DNA from: Thermoplasmatota archaeon
Lineage (GTDB): Archaea; Thermoplasmatota; Thermoplasmata; Halarchaeoplasmatales; Halarchaeoplasmataceae
Assembly (NCBI GenBank): GCA_018334835.1
Contig: JAGXLF010000002.1
Span: 19,585-83,584, forward strand
Length of the DNA: 64,000 nucleotides
Reading direction: 5' to 3'
Shown here: piece after piece, positions 8,678 through 18,429 of the stretch
Layout: each line of letters starts with the position of its first letter
Position numbering within the stretch: the first letter of the stretch is position 1
Made by a program: the position numbers and the translations under genes
The notes under the pieces: generated by a model
The model's database searches: none
The model's input: the letters and a program-made list of their open reading frames with translations, nothing else
Told to the model about the DNA's origin: nothing

Positions 8678-11311
8678 ATGTTAAATATAAATAAAAGTTT
8701 CTCGTTCGTTGGGAGGGAGAATCAATTACAAGAACTTATTGATATTTTAGAGGAAATTAATAAAGGTAAAACTTACACTGTATTTATCGTTGGAGAGCCT
8801 GGGATAGGTAAGACGTTTTTGATAGAAAAGATTAAAGAGAAAGCATCCTCCAAGGGATTCATCTCATTCGAAGGCACCTGTAAATACGGTGACTCTACAC
8901 CTTACGCTCCTTTCCGAGAAGCTTGGGAGGACACTCCGCTAGAAAACGCGATCCAAGAAAGGGAATCTAGAGAGGTAGAGGACAAGAGTATGTTCCACGC
9001 AAATAGGAATGCATATTTCTTTGAAACGGCTGAAAGACTGAAGGAGATCTCATCCGAGAAACCTATAATGTTGGTTCTTGACGACATCCACTGGGCTGAT
9101 CGAGGATCCCTTAATTTATTCCACTATTTAGCAGACCGGATCGAAAATAGTCCGATATTATTGGTAGGGTGTTACTGTCCCGGCGACGCTTTACCTGGGG
9201 AAGGTTTCTTGGATACAAAACAGCAGATGTCAAGGAATAATCTTTTTTCTGAATTTGAATTAGGCCCTCTAAATATTGAGGAAACTGGCGAGATGATAAG
9301 TTATGCTGTAGATTCAGAAAACGTACCTGATGATTTCATCAAGAAGGTTCATGAGGTTACACAAGGGAATCCATTATTCATCAAAGAAAGTATTCTCCAA
9401 ATGCTTGAAGAAGGGATCATAACTGAAGAAGATGGTTTTTCCGTAGACTGGGAAGAATTTGATCAACCCCTAGTTATACAAGAGGTTGTAAGGAGAAGGA
9501 TATTTCGACTAGAAGATGATGCAAGGGAGATCTTACAGATCGGTAGCGTCATAGGTAAGAAATTACCCTATGAATTGCTCACCCATCTATTCCAGAAGGA
9601 GGAGATTAAAATGCTTAATGCCATTGATGGGCTTTTACAGAACAGGTTATTGATCGAAGACGATAAAGATGATGAAAATATCTATTTTCCCCACAACGTG
9701 ATAAAACAAATAGTTTACGATGGAATAGGTGAATGGTTAGAGAAGAAGAAACTTCATCTAAAAGTGGCAGAGGCTATCAGAGGCTTTGACACTAAAGATG
9801 AGGAAGTTAACTATCATAGATTAGGTCATCATTATATGAAAGGAGAAAAATTTGAGATTGCGCTAAAATATTTCCTCAAAGCGGGGAAGCAGGCCGAAAA
9901 AGTATATTCTCATGAAGACGCCATAGACAGGTACAAAAAGGTATTATCGCTCGCAAAAAAGAAAGAAAAAATAGAAGAGAAAATAGAAATCGTCGATATC
10001 TTTGAAAAAATCGCCGATGCTTATTCACTTCTCGGTAGATATGAGGAAGCCCGTGATTACTGGTATAAAGCTCTTAACGATTCACAAGATACTGGAAGAA
10101 AACAAAAGATTTACAGTGAAATAAGTATGACTTGGAAAGAACAGGGAGAATACGAAAAGGCATTGGAAATGGTGGAACAAGGTTTAAAGTTGGAAGATGG
10201 AAGTTTCAAATCTAGAGCTCAGCTTTTGGATAAAAAAGGATGGATATTTTTAAGACGTTCACAATACCAAAAAGCAGAAGAGATTTTCAAAGAGCAGATT
10301 AGAACCGCTGAAAAGATAAAGAATAGTCGTTCTATCGCTCAAGCTTATCATAATTTCGGAACAGTATGTATTTATCTTAAGGATTTTGAAAATTCTGAAA
10401 AATACCTTAAGAAAGCTAAAGAAATACGGGAAAAAGAAGAAGAATTAAAAGAACTAATTAAAACTCTGAATAACCTAGGAAGTTTGTACGAAAGTATCGA
10501 TATTGGCAGTTCTCTTGATTATTACAAACAGGCTTTCAATATCAATAAGAAAGTCCATGATGTCGCTATGGAGGACACAATTTTGAACAATATCGGTAGA
10601 ACGTATTACCATAAAGCAGAGTTCGATAAAGCGATAGACAATCTTCTCGAAAGTATTGAAAGCAAAGAAAGAAGGGGGAACAAATACGGTATATCTCTCT
10701 CTTTAGTGAATTTGGGCGCTATCCACGCTGAAAAAGGAGAACTCGATAAAGCTCTAGATTACCACGAACGCAGTTTAAATATCGTTGAGGAACTAGGTGA
10801 AAATTATTGTAAAGCAATAAATCTGAGAAATTTGGGATATATATCCAGCCTAAATGGAGAGCTCGACGAAGCACAGACACACTACCAAGAGAGCCTAGAA
10901 GCGTCTACACAAGTTGGCGATAAAACCCAAAACGCTGAGACTCATGCCGCACTTGGTAGACTCTACCTGAGAAAAGGGTCGATCGAGAAGGCTGAGGAAG
11001 AAGCTACCCAAGCATTGAAGATTTCCAAGAAAGTGAAGTCGGCTAGAGAGAGCGCGATAGCTAACCGGATTTTAGGGAGAGTGTTTTGGGAAGAGGGGGA
11101 AGAAGAAAAAGGATTAAACAAGCTTGAAGAGGCAGAAAGCACATTAGAGAAGAGTGGATTCCGCCTTGAATTAGCTAAGACTCGGCTGTATCTAGGAAAA
11201 TTTGTAAAGAACAAGGATGGAAAGAAATCTGAAAAATATTTACGTGAAGCTAGAGATATATTCGAACGGAACAGCATGAAACCTTGGTTGGATATTTTAG
11301 AAACGGTTTAA
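8678..11311 (+). CDS. AAA_16/STAND-like NTPase with C-terminal TPR repeats (paralog 1); no N-terminal effector domain.
   Basis: FVGRENQLQEL...VFIVGEPGIGKTFL (Walker A), MLVLDDIHWADRGSL (hhhhDDhhWaD Walker B), GNPLFIKE motif, then more than 10 TPR-like repeats. Confidence 0.75.
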   Translation: MLNINKSFSFVGRENQLQELIDILEEINKGKTYTVFIVGEPGIGKTFLIEKIKEKASSKGFISFEGTCKYGDSTPYAPFREAWEDTPLENAIQERESREVEDKSMFHANRNAYFFETAERLKEISSEKPIMLVLDDIHWADRGSLNLFHYLADRIENSPILLVGCYCPGDALPGEGFLDTKQQMSRNNLFSEFELGPLNIEETGEMISYAVDSENVPDDFIKKVHEVTQGNPLFIKESILQMLEEGIITEEDGFSVDWEEFDQPLVIQEVVRRRIFRLEDDAREILQIGSVIGKKLPYELLTHLFQKEEIKMLNAIDGLLQNRLLIEDDKDDENIYFPHNVIKQIVYDGIGEWLEKKKLHLKVAEAIRGFDTKDEEVNYHRLGHHYMKGEKFEIALKYFLKAGKQAEKVYSHEDAIDRYKKVLSLAKKKEKIEEKIEIVDIFEKIADAYSLLGRYEEARDYWYKALNDSQDTGRKQKIYSEISMTWKEQGEYEKALEMVEQGLKLEDGSFKSRAQLLDKKGWIFLRRSQYQKAEEIFKEQIRTAEKIKNSRSIAQAYHNFGTVCIYLKDFENSEKYLKKAKEIREKEEELKELIKTLNNLGSLYESIDIGSSLDYYKQAFNINKKVHDVAMEDTILNNIGRTYYHKAEFDKAIDNLLESIESKERRGNKYGISLSLVNLGAIHAEKGELDKALDYHERSLNIVEELGENYCKAINLRNLGYISSLNGELDEAQTHYQESLEASTQVGDKTQNAETHAALGRLYLRKGSIEKAEEEATQALKISKKVKSARESAIANRILGRVFWEEGEEEKGLNKLEEAESTLEKSGFRLELAKTRLYLGKFVKNKDGKKSEKYLREARDIFERNSMKPWLDILETV

Positions 11312-11353
11312 ATCGTTTTTCTACCTAATCAGGTATTCTTCGAGGCCGAGACT

Positions 11354-13063
11354 TCAAGTTCTTTTGAACCACTTTTCTATCTCTTTCTCGGCAAAGCTTA
11401 CTATAGTTGGCCTTCCGTGTGGACAGGTATATGGATTCTCGACCTTTCCAAGTCTTTCCAAAAGTTCTTTAGCGCTAGTTATCGAAAGTTTATCTCCAGC
11501 TGTAACGGAATCATGACACGCCATATACTTTATCATCTCTTCACGCCTCTCTTCCAGAGAGTTGGATTTCCATTCGCTGAGTTCGTCGAGAACTGAATGG
11601 AGTATCTCCTTCTCTTGCACCTCTCCGAATATCACGGGAACGCCCCTCAGCCTAAAAGTGGTCTTTCCAAAATAATCGATATCAAACCCAAGTCTTTCAA
11701 GGAGTTCCTCGTTAGCTCTTAAAAGAGCTGCTTCTTTCGGCTTCAATTCTACGGTTTTCGGTGAAACGAGTTTTTGGCTGTCGATATCATCCTCAAGTTT
11801 GTCCTTGAGGTTTTCATAGTTTATCCTTTCATGCGCAGCATGTTGATCCACGATGGCCATTCCAGAAGGAGTTTCAACCACTATGTAAGAATCTTTTAGA
11901 ATCCCTAAAACGCTCATGTGAGAAAGTTTAGATTTTTCAATTTCCCTTTTTTCGTCCATCTCTAGTTTTGTTTGTTCGCCCTTAGACTTTTCTCCATCGA
12001 TAGTGCGATCTCTCTCCTCAGATATTTCTCCTGATCTCTCCACTTCGCTTTCAGTCGACCTATCCGGGATGAGGTCTTTCTTCAAAAGAGAATCATTTAC
12101 CGCTTCAGCTATCCTCTCTCTTACCTTCTCCGCTTCCAAGAATCGTATCTTCGTCTTGGTCGGATGAACGTTCACATCGATCTTTGCTGGATCTATATCT
12201 ATATCGAGAAAGGCTAAGGGATATCTTCCCTTTTTAAGCAGCGTTTCAAACCCGTCGACTATGCCGTTTTTCAAAACATTGTTTTTTACGTATCTGGAGT
12301 TCACATAAGTAAAAATATGTTTTCGATTTGATCGGGTGATCTCAGGCTTGCTCACGTACCCCTTTAGAGAAAAATCTTCTAATTCTTTTTCTACCTCTAT
12401 CATCTTCTTTGCAACTTCTTTACCGTAAATCGATTTTATGTTCTCCAACATCGATCTCGATTTCGGAATGAAGGTGAGCTCATTTTCATTGTGAGTGAGA
12501 GAAAATTCGACCTCTGGATTGGCTATAGCGTTCCGTGTTACGACTTCGCTGATATGAGCTAGTTCAGTATTTTTCTTCTTAAGATATTTCTTCCTAGCGG
12601 GAGTATTGTAAAAAAGATCTTTTACCTCTATAGAAGTGCCCACAGCACAGCCGGTCTCTTCGATCTTCTCAACATCCCCGCCGTCCAGGACGATCTTCGT
12701 TCCCTCCAACTGATCTTCAGATTTCGTCAAAGCAGTCACCTTTGAAACCGCGGCTATGCTCGGGAGGGCCTCGCCTCTAAAACCCAGACTGCTCAAGTCG
12801 TCTAGATCCTCGATATCCTCGATCTTACTAGTTGCATGTTTTTGAAAGGCGAGTTTTACCTCTTCTCTTGTCATACCGCAGCCGTTATCTTTTACCTTGA
12901 TCCTTTTTTGTCCTCCTTCTTCTACATCTACAGATATCTCATCGGCTCCTGCATCTAGGGAATTCTCTATCAATTCTTTAACTACGGATGCAGGTCTCTC
13001 GATGACTTCACCTGCGGCTATCTGATTCACCGTCTTCTCCGATAAAACATTGATCCTCCCCAT
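11354..13063 (-). CDS. mutL: DNA mismatch repair protein MutL, endonuclease-type.
   Basis: GHKL ATPase N-terminus (NQIAAGEVIERPASVVKELIENSLDAGA...DNGCGM) and the C-terminal endonuclease motif DQHAAHERINYE. Confidence 0.9.
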   Translation of the reverse strand: MGRINVLSEKTVNQIAAGEVIERPASVVKELIENSLDAGADEISVDVEEGGQKRIKVKDNGCGMTREEVKLAFQKHATSKIEDIEDLDDLSSLGFRGEALPSIAAVSKVTALTKSEDQLEGTKIVLDGGDVEKIEETGCAVGTSIEVKDLFYNTPARKKYLKKKNTELAHISEVVTRNAIANPEVEFSLTHNENELTFIPKSRSMLENIKSIYGKEVAKKMIEVEKELEDFSLKGYVSKPEITRSNRKHIFTYVNSRYVKNNVLKNGIVDGFETLLKKGRYPLAFLDIDIDPAKIDVNVHPTKTKIRFLEAEKVRERIAEAVNDSLLKKDLIPDRSTESEVERSGEISEERDRTIDGEKSKGEQTKLEMDEKREIEKSKLSHMSVLGILKDSYIVVETPSGMAIVDQHAAHERINYENLKDKLEDDIDSQKLVSPKTVELKPKEAALLRANEELLERLGFDIDYFGKTTFRLRGVPVIFGEVQEKEILHSVLDELSEWKSNSLEERREEMIKYMACHDSVTAGDKLSITSAKELLERLGKVENPYTCPHGRPTIVSFAEKEIEKWFKRT

Positions 13064-13065
13064 AA

Positions 13066-15699
13066 TCAGTCCTCCTCAGCATCGTTCTTCAACTTCCAAA
13101 GTTCGTTTATCGCATCCATAGGCGTCATGTTATCCACCTTCATCTCTTTTAATTTCTCCACAACAGGATGAGAATCCGACGAGGGACCTTCATCGCTCTC
13201 CGGGTCGAAAACCATTTGGGTAAATCTCGGACCATCGTGTTTTTTCATCTTTATCGTGTGGTCCTCTTCAATCTGGTTTAAAACTTCGTTGGATCTATCG
13301 ACCACAGGATCAGGAAGTCCAGCTAGTGAAGCAACGTGTATTCCATAACTCTCATCGGTACTTCCCTCTCTCACCTTTCTCAAAAACTTGATCTCACCGC
13401 CTGTATCTTTTGCAACTACATGAAGGTTTTTCACCTTATCTAAAGATTTTTCTAGCTCAGTTATCTCGTGATAATGAGTTGCGAACAACGTCTTTGCCTC
13501 GATCTCTCTGCATATGTATTCAGTTACAGCCCAGGCTATGCTCAGCCCATCGAAGGTACTCGTCCCACTCCCGATCTCATCTAACAGTATCAGACTGTTT
13601 TCCGAGGCACTGTGCAGAATATTAGCGAGTTCGACCATCTCGACCATGAAAGTGGATTGCCCCTTAGTAAGATCGTCCAATGCGCCTACACGGGTGAATA
13701 TGCGATCGACCATACCTATCTTCGCCTCTTCAGCAGGGACAAAGCAACCGACCTGGGCCATCAAAGTTATAAGGGCTATCTGACGCATATAAGTCGATTT
13801 TCCCGACATATTCGGCCCGGTGATTATCAAAAATTGATTATTGATATCATCTAGCTCGGCATCGTTAGGAACGAAGTTCTCGTCTATCGTTTTCTCTACG
13901 ACGGGATGCCTCCCTTCCCTTATCTCGATCTTTCCTCCTGGAAAGATCTCCGGGCGGTTATAGTTGTTCCTGATAGCAACATGAGCAAAAGTGGTCAATA
14001 CGTCCAATTCTGCAAGAGCTCCAGCAGTTTCCTGAAACCTCTCCGCTTCGGCACCAACATCTTCCCTTACCTTCTTGAATATCTCGTATTCCAGTGCCTC
14101 CATCTTTTCCTCAGCACTGATGATCTCCTCTTCCTTATCCTTCAGCTTCTCAGTATAATACCTTTCAGCATTTTTCAGCGTCTGCTTTCTTGAGTAATGT
14201 TCAGGAACTTTATCGGTCTTTGATTTTGGGACTTCAAGATAATAGCCGTGGACTTTATTATATCCAACTTTTAAATTATTTATACCAGTATTTTCTCTCT
14301 CCTCCTCTTCTAAAGAATTTATCCATTCTTTACCTTCCTTAGACTTTCTCTTCAATTCATCGAGTTCTTCATCGAAACTGTCCTTTATTATCCCGCCTTC
14401 TTTGACCGTTGCAGGCGGATCATCCACTATCGAGGACCCTATCTTCTCTCTTATCTCTTCAAGAGGATCGATGCGCTCGGATATTTCTCCTAATTTGTTT
14501 TGTTCTTTATCTTCAAACTCTTTCTCTATTAGCATTTTTCTTATAGAGGGGATCCTTGACAGCGCATCTTGAATAGCGAGAAGGTCCCTAGCATCGGCGT
14601 TGCCGTAAACCACTCGACTGATCAATCTTTCTAGATCATACAGACCGTCCATCTTTTCCCTTAAATCGTCCCTCAAAAATATACTGTCTGTCAATATTTC
14701 AACGGCATCTAGTCTAGACTTTATACTGTCCAGATCTAAGAGAGGCTGTTGAAGCCAGTTCCTCAATTTCCTCGAACCCATCGCAGTTACCGTCTCGTCC
14801 AAAACGCTCAAAAGCGTGCCTTCCTTACTCCTATCACGTAGGCTTCTAAATATCTCGAGATTTTTAAGAGTAGTGGCATCAAGTGTCATGTACTTATCTG
14901 GTGAGTAAAATCGAAGCCTTTTTATGTAGTTCATCGTCCTCTTCTGCGTATCCTTAAGATAGTCCAGTGTAGCACCAGCAGCTTTCACCGCCTTGTTCTT
15001 TCCCTTCAAACCAAAAGGCTCTAGGGAATTGGCATTGAAATGATCTAATATTTGACTTTTAGCTGTGTGAAAAGCGTCTTCACGATGGGTGTGGACCATC
15101 ATCTCGTTCTCATGCTTCAACTCTTTCAAAAATTCCTCATCATTGTAAAGGGAATTCGGAAGCAGACATTCGGTAGGTTCGTATCTTAGAATTTCCGAGA
15201 GTAGATCACCCTTTTCATCTACCTCAGTTACAAAGAAATCCCCCGTAGAGACATCTACTGCTGAAATACCATAGCCATCATCAGATTTTGAGGGTTCCCT
15301 CTTCCCATAGATACATATGAGGAAATTGTTCTCCGAACCCTCTATCATCCCGTCGTCAACGACAGTACCTGGAGTTACGACCCGGACTACCTCTCTATCT
15401 ACGATACCGCTGGCCTCATCTGGATCCTGGGTCTGCTCGGCGATAGCTACAGTGTAGCCCTTGTTTATCAGGCTCTGCAAATAGCTTTCCACTGAATGAT
15501 AGGGGACTCCTGCCATCGGAGTTGGATCATCGCCATCTTTATCTCTAGAAGTCAAAGTTATATCCAATTCGTCAGAGACGAGTTCTGCATCATCGTCGAA
15601 CATCTCATAAAAATCTCCCATCCGGAAGAAGACTATAGAATCCGGATACTCATTCTTTATCTCATAATACTGTTCCATCATAGGGGTCAGATCGCTCAA
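13066..15699 (-). CDS. mutS: DNA mismatch repair protein MutS (MutS1 type); TTG start.
   Basis: Mismatch-binding N-terminus (TPMMEQYYEIKNEYPDSIVFFRMGDFYEMF), ABC ATPase (ITGPNMSGKSTYMRQ, LILLDEIGSGTSTFDG, THYHEI). Lies directly upstream of mutL. Confidence 0.9.
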   Translation of the reverse strand: MSDLTPMMEQYYEIKNEYPDSIVFFRMGDFYEMFDDDAELVSDELDITLTSRDKDGDDPTPMAGVPYHSVESYLQSLINKGYTVAIAEQTQDPDEASGIVDREVVRVVTPGTVVDDGMIEGSENNFLICIYGKREPSKSDDGYGISAVDVSTGDFFVTEVDEKGDLLSEILRYEPTECLLPNSLYNDEEFLKELKHENEMMVHTHREDAFHTAKSQILDHFNANSLEPFGLKGKNKAVKAAGATLDYLKDTQKRTMNYIKRLRFYSPDKYMTLDATTLKNLEIFRSLRDRSKEGTLLSVLDETVTAMGSRKLRNWLQQPLLDLDSIKSRLDAVEILTDSIFLRDDLREKMDGLYDLERLISRVVYGNADARDLLAIQDALSRIPSIRKMLIEKEFEDKEQNKLGEISERIDPLEEIREKIGSSIVDDPPATVKEGGIIKDSFDEELDELKRKSKEGKEWINSLEEEERENTGINNLKVGYNKVHGYYLEVPKSKTDKVPEHYSRKQTLKNAERYYTEKLKDKEEEIISAEEKMEALEYEIFKKVREDVGAEAERFQETAGALAELDVLTTFAHVAIRNNYNRPEIFPGGKIEIREGRHPVVEKTIDENFVPNDAELDDINNQFLIITGPNMSGKSTYMRQIALITLMAQVGCFVPAEEAKIGMVDRIFTRVGALDDLTKGQSTFMVEMVELANILHSASENSLILLDEIGSGTSTFDGLSIAWAVTEYICREIEAKTLFATHYHEITELEKSLDKVKNLHVVAKDTGGEIKFLRKVREGSTDESYGIHVASLAGLPDPVVDRSNEVLNQIEEDHTIKMKKHDGPRFTQMVFDPESDEGPSSDSHPVVEKLKEMKVDNMTPMDAINELWKLKNDAEED

Positions 15700-15784
15700 G
15701 TCTTCTATACCTCCTCTATCTCTGATATATTCGAGTTAAGATAGATTGACCTTAGGGTATATTAAATCTTTTTGAGAGTTCTGG

Positions 15785-17377
15785 TCAAAAGTCTTCTAAG
15801 TCGCTCTGACTTACCTTTAATCTTGTTTTCAATGACCGCATCATGGACTTTGGATTCTCGCTATTTTCAAGTTCTTTTTTAAGTTCGTACACGTGATCAT
15901 ACATCTTTTTTTCTTCGTGTCGACTTTTCCAATAGAAAGCTTCGTCTTTTGAATCTTCCGTAAGGAGCACATGGACTTTACCAAGATTGCTGTTCCTACC
16001 GGTCCTGCCTTTTCTCTGTATTGACCTGATCGCTGAAGGGACGGGTTCATAAAAAATAACCAATTCCGTAGACGGTATATCGAGACCTTCTTCACCAATA
16101 CTTGTAGAAACTAGCACGTTCGTCTCTCCGTCTCTAAAACTTTCTAAAACTTTTCCCTGCTCATCCTGACTCATACCATGATCGGCTTCTCTATCCGATT
16201 GTCCTACTAGCCTTGAGGGAAAAATATCTTCCATCCGTTCCAGCTCCTTGACCAGGTATTCCACGGTATCTCTGTACTGAGCGAATACCATCGCGTTTCC
16301 GTCTTCAAGTTCTTCTCTCAATATCTTCTTCGTTTCGTTCAATTTGGGATTTATCTCCACTGGCATGGCTTTTAGATCCATCAACTTTTCTCCTAATCTA
16401 TCGAATTCTTCCCTTTTTTTAATATATTTCGTGGCTCTACTTTCGTCATCTAAAAGGTTGAGATAATAGCGATGAGCAGCATCTATGCCTTGAGTAAGTA
16501 TCAATTCCTTTAGATGAGAGATCTTTATAGAAGCAGAGGTGAGGGAAAGAGCGTGAAAAAGATAACCTTTGTTCTCTTTTTTTATCCTCTCCTGGAGATC
16601 CTCTTGTATATCTATCAAAACAGATTTTCCTATTTCTTCTGCCTTCAGATTTCTTGCTTGTTTCGTGTAGTCGCTCAATTCTTCGATGAATTCCTCAAGC
16701 AGGGAGTTTGACCATTCCTCCATGACCACAAGTTCCTCGTTCTTTTCTAATTCGGTCCATTCCATGATCTTTTCAGATACGTAGGGTTCAACATCATCAT
16801 CTGTTTCCTTCCTCACTTCTATATTCTCTATTTCTAGGTTAGCACACACCTCGACTAATTTATCTAAAGAACTCCCTGGCGAGGCTGTTAAACCCAAGAA
16901 TTGCATCTTTTCCTTACATGCTTTTCCGATCTCTACATAGGCGTAATCCCCCGTAGCTCTATGGACCTCATCGAATACCATCAAGTCGATCGAGCCTATC
17001 GGTATTTCATGAAGATCGTTATTGACCGTTTGGGGGGTTGCAAGAAAAATTTTAGCATCTCCTTCCCATATCTCTTTCCTCTCTTCAGGAGAATAAAGCT
17101 CTCCCGTCAATAATTCGATATCGTTTTCATTGAGTGAAGTAGAATCCAATAAAAAATCAAGATGCTGTTTACATAGTGGTCGTGTGGGAGCCATCATCAG
17201 AGTTTTCTTACCACTTTCGAGCTTCCAACAAATCAAGAAAACTGCGATTATCGTCTTTCCAAGCCCAGTAGGAAGCACTACTAATGAGTCTTTTTCTTTT
17301 ATATTTTCGAAAATATTCACTTGATACTCTCTTTTTTCTAGTGTATCAGGATCGATGTATGAGGAAATACCCGACAT
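15785..17377 (-). CDS. Hef/FANCM/Mph1-family SF2 helicase, helicase module only; no ERCC4 nuclease domain.
   Basis: REYQVNIFENIKEKDSLVVLPTGLGKT (motif I), DEVH (motif II), helicase C motifs (QSDRE...QRKGRTGR). The ORF ends at about 530 aa with no nuclease domain downstream. Confidence 0.65.
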   Translation of the reverse strand: MSGISSYIDPDTLEKREYQVNIFENIKEKDSLVVLPTGLGKTIIAVFLICWKLESGKKTLMMAPTRPLCKQHLDFLLDSTSLNENDIELLTGELYSPEERKEIWEGDAKIFLATPQTVNNDLHEIPIGSIDLMVFDEVHRATGDYAYVEIGKACKEKMQFLGLTASPGSSLDKLVEVCANLEIENIEVRKETDDDVEPYVSEKIMEWTELEKNEELVVMEEWSNSLLEEFIEELSDYTKQARNLKAEEIGKSVLIDIQEDLQERIKKENKGYLFHALSLTSASIKISHLKELILTQGIDAAHRYYLNLLDDESRATKYIKKREEFDRLGEKLMDLKAMPVEINPKLNETKKILREELEDGNAMVFAQYRDTVEYLVKELERMEDIFPSRLVGQSDREADHGMSQDEQGKVLESFRDGETNVLVSTSIGEEGLDIPSTELVIFYEPVPSAIRSIQRKGRTGRNSNLGKVHVLLTEDSKDEAFYWKSRHEEKKMYDHVYELKKELENSENPKSMMRSLKTRLKVSQSDLEDF

Positions 17378-17522
17378 CGCCTACCTATTACACTTGATAA
17401 GTAAAAGCTTTTCCATAGTTTAGTGTCGCCAGTATTTTTATGCAAGGTTTCTGCAACTGACAGATGTAAAAAAATCTGTAATAAATAATTTATACCTGTT
17501 CTTTTTTAGATGGATAGAAATC

Positions 17523-18371
17523 ATGGACCCTCTCTACCAAGGTACACTTTGGTTCGTTCCGAGTTTGATCCTACTCATACTTCTAGCAACTCTCTTCTTC
17601 GACGAGCACAAAAAGATGGATCTACGTTCTTTGAAAGACTCATTATGGGATTCTAGAGGCGCACTTTTGATAATGATCATCGTGGCTCTAGCCCTCCAGG
17701 TGGAAAATTTGATCCAAGACCTGTTTGAACCTGGTTTCAGAGTGACTGGATGGGTCTACAACATGGAGGGGGTATCACACATCGTCTGGTTACAGGAGCA
17801 TTTAGACTATTATCTACTAATACATGCTTCATCTATATTTTACGTCCTTGGTCTTTCCTTTTTCTTGTCATTGATACCAGTCTTATTTATTTTGAGAGGA
17901 GAGTCAGAGTTGTTAGAGGAATTCTCCAAAGCGCTTGCTGTAAATTACATGTTCATAATACCCGCATACTTGTTGATTCACCTGATGGTTACTTCTTCCT
18001 ATAAGGAAGTCGAGCCTCTTTTATATCAACATCCTCAGTACTACGCGATAATTCGTGCTACCAATCGACAGGTGAACTGCATGCCCAGCGGTCACATAAG
18101 TATCCCATTCACTATAAGCCTGTTCGCTATGTATAGTGCTAAATTAAAGAGACTCGCAGTCTTTGGATTCATATTTACGGCTTTAACCGTCTTCGTGATA
18201 ATATATCTAGGCGTCCACTGGTTGATAGATATCCCCGCGGGTATAGCGGTGGCAGTGATCGCTTACTGGGTAGCCTCTCAAGGAAAGTTGGATTTCATCT
18301 TTGATAGGATTATAGGTCCTTTTGAGAGATATACAGAGAAGATTCTTCAATCGATATTTTCTAAAGGTTAA
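17523..18371 (+). CDS. PAP2-superfamily membrane phosphatase.
   Basis: Multi-TM protein with PAP2 motifs PSGH and HWLIDI in conserved order. Confidence 0.6.
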   Translation: MDPLYQGTLWFVPSLILLILLATLFFDEHKKMDLRSLKDSLWDSRGALLIMIIVALALQVENLIQDLFEPGFRVTGWVYNMEGVSHIVWLQEHLDYYLLIHASSIFYVLGLSFFLSLIPVLFILRGESELLEEFSKALAVNYMFIIPAYLLIHLMVTSSYKEVEPLLYQHPQYYAIIRATNRQVNCMPSGHISIPFTISLFAMYSAKLKRLAVFGFIFTALTVFVIIYLGVHWLIDIPAGIAVAVIAYWVASQGKLDFIFDRIIGPFERYTEKILQSIFSKG

Positions 18372-18429
18372 AATTATATATGTCCAGATGGATAGCTTTT
18401 TGTCATATATCGAATGTGGAGGAATGAAT

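Noticed and set aside
11354-15699. A one-nucleotide disagreement between my hand count of the printed lines and the ORF-track coordinates at the mutS/mutL junction.
   Set aside because: ORF-track coordinates are internally consistent (lengths are multiples of 3 and start/stop codons check out elsewhere), so I kept the track values. My hand-derived coordinates may be off by 1 nt.
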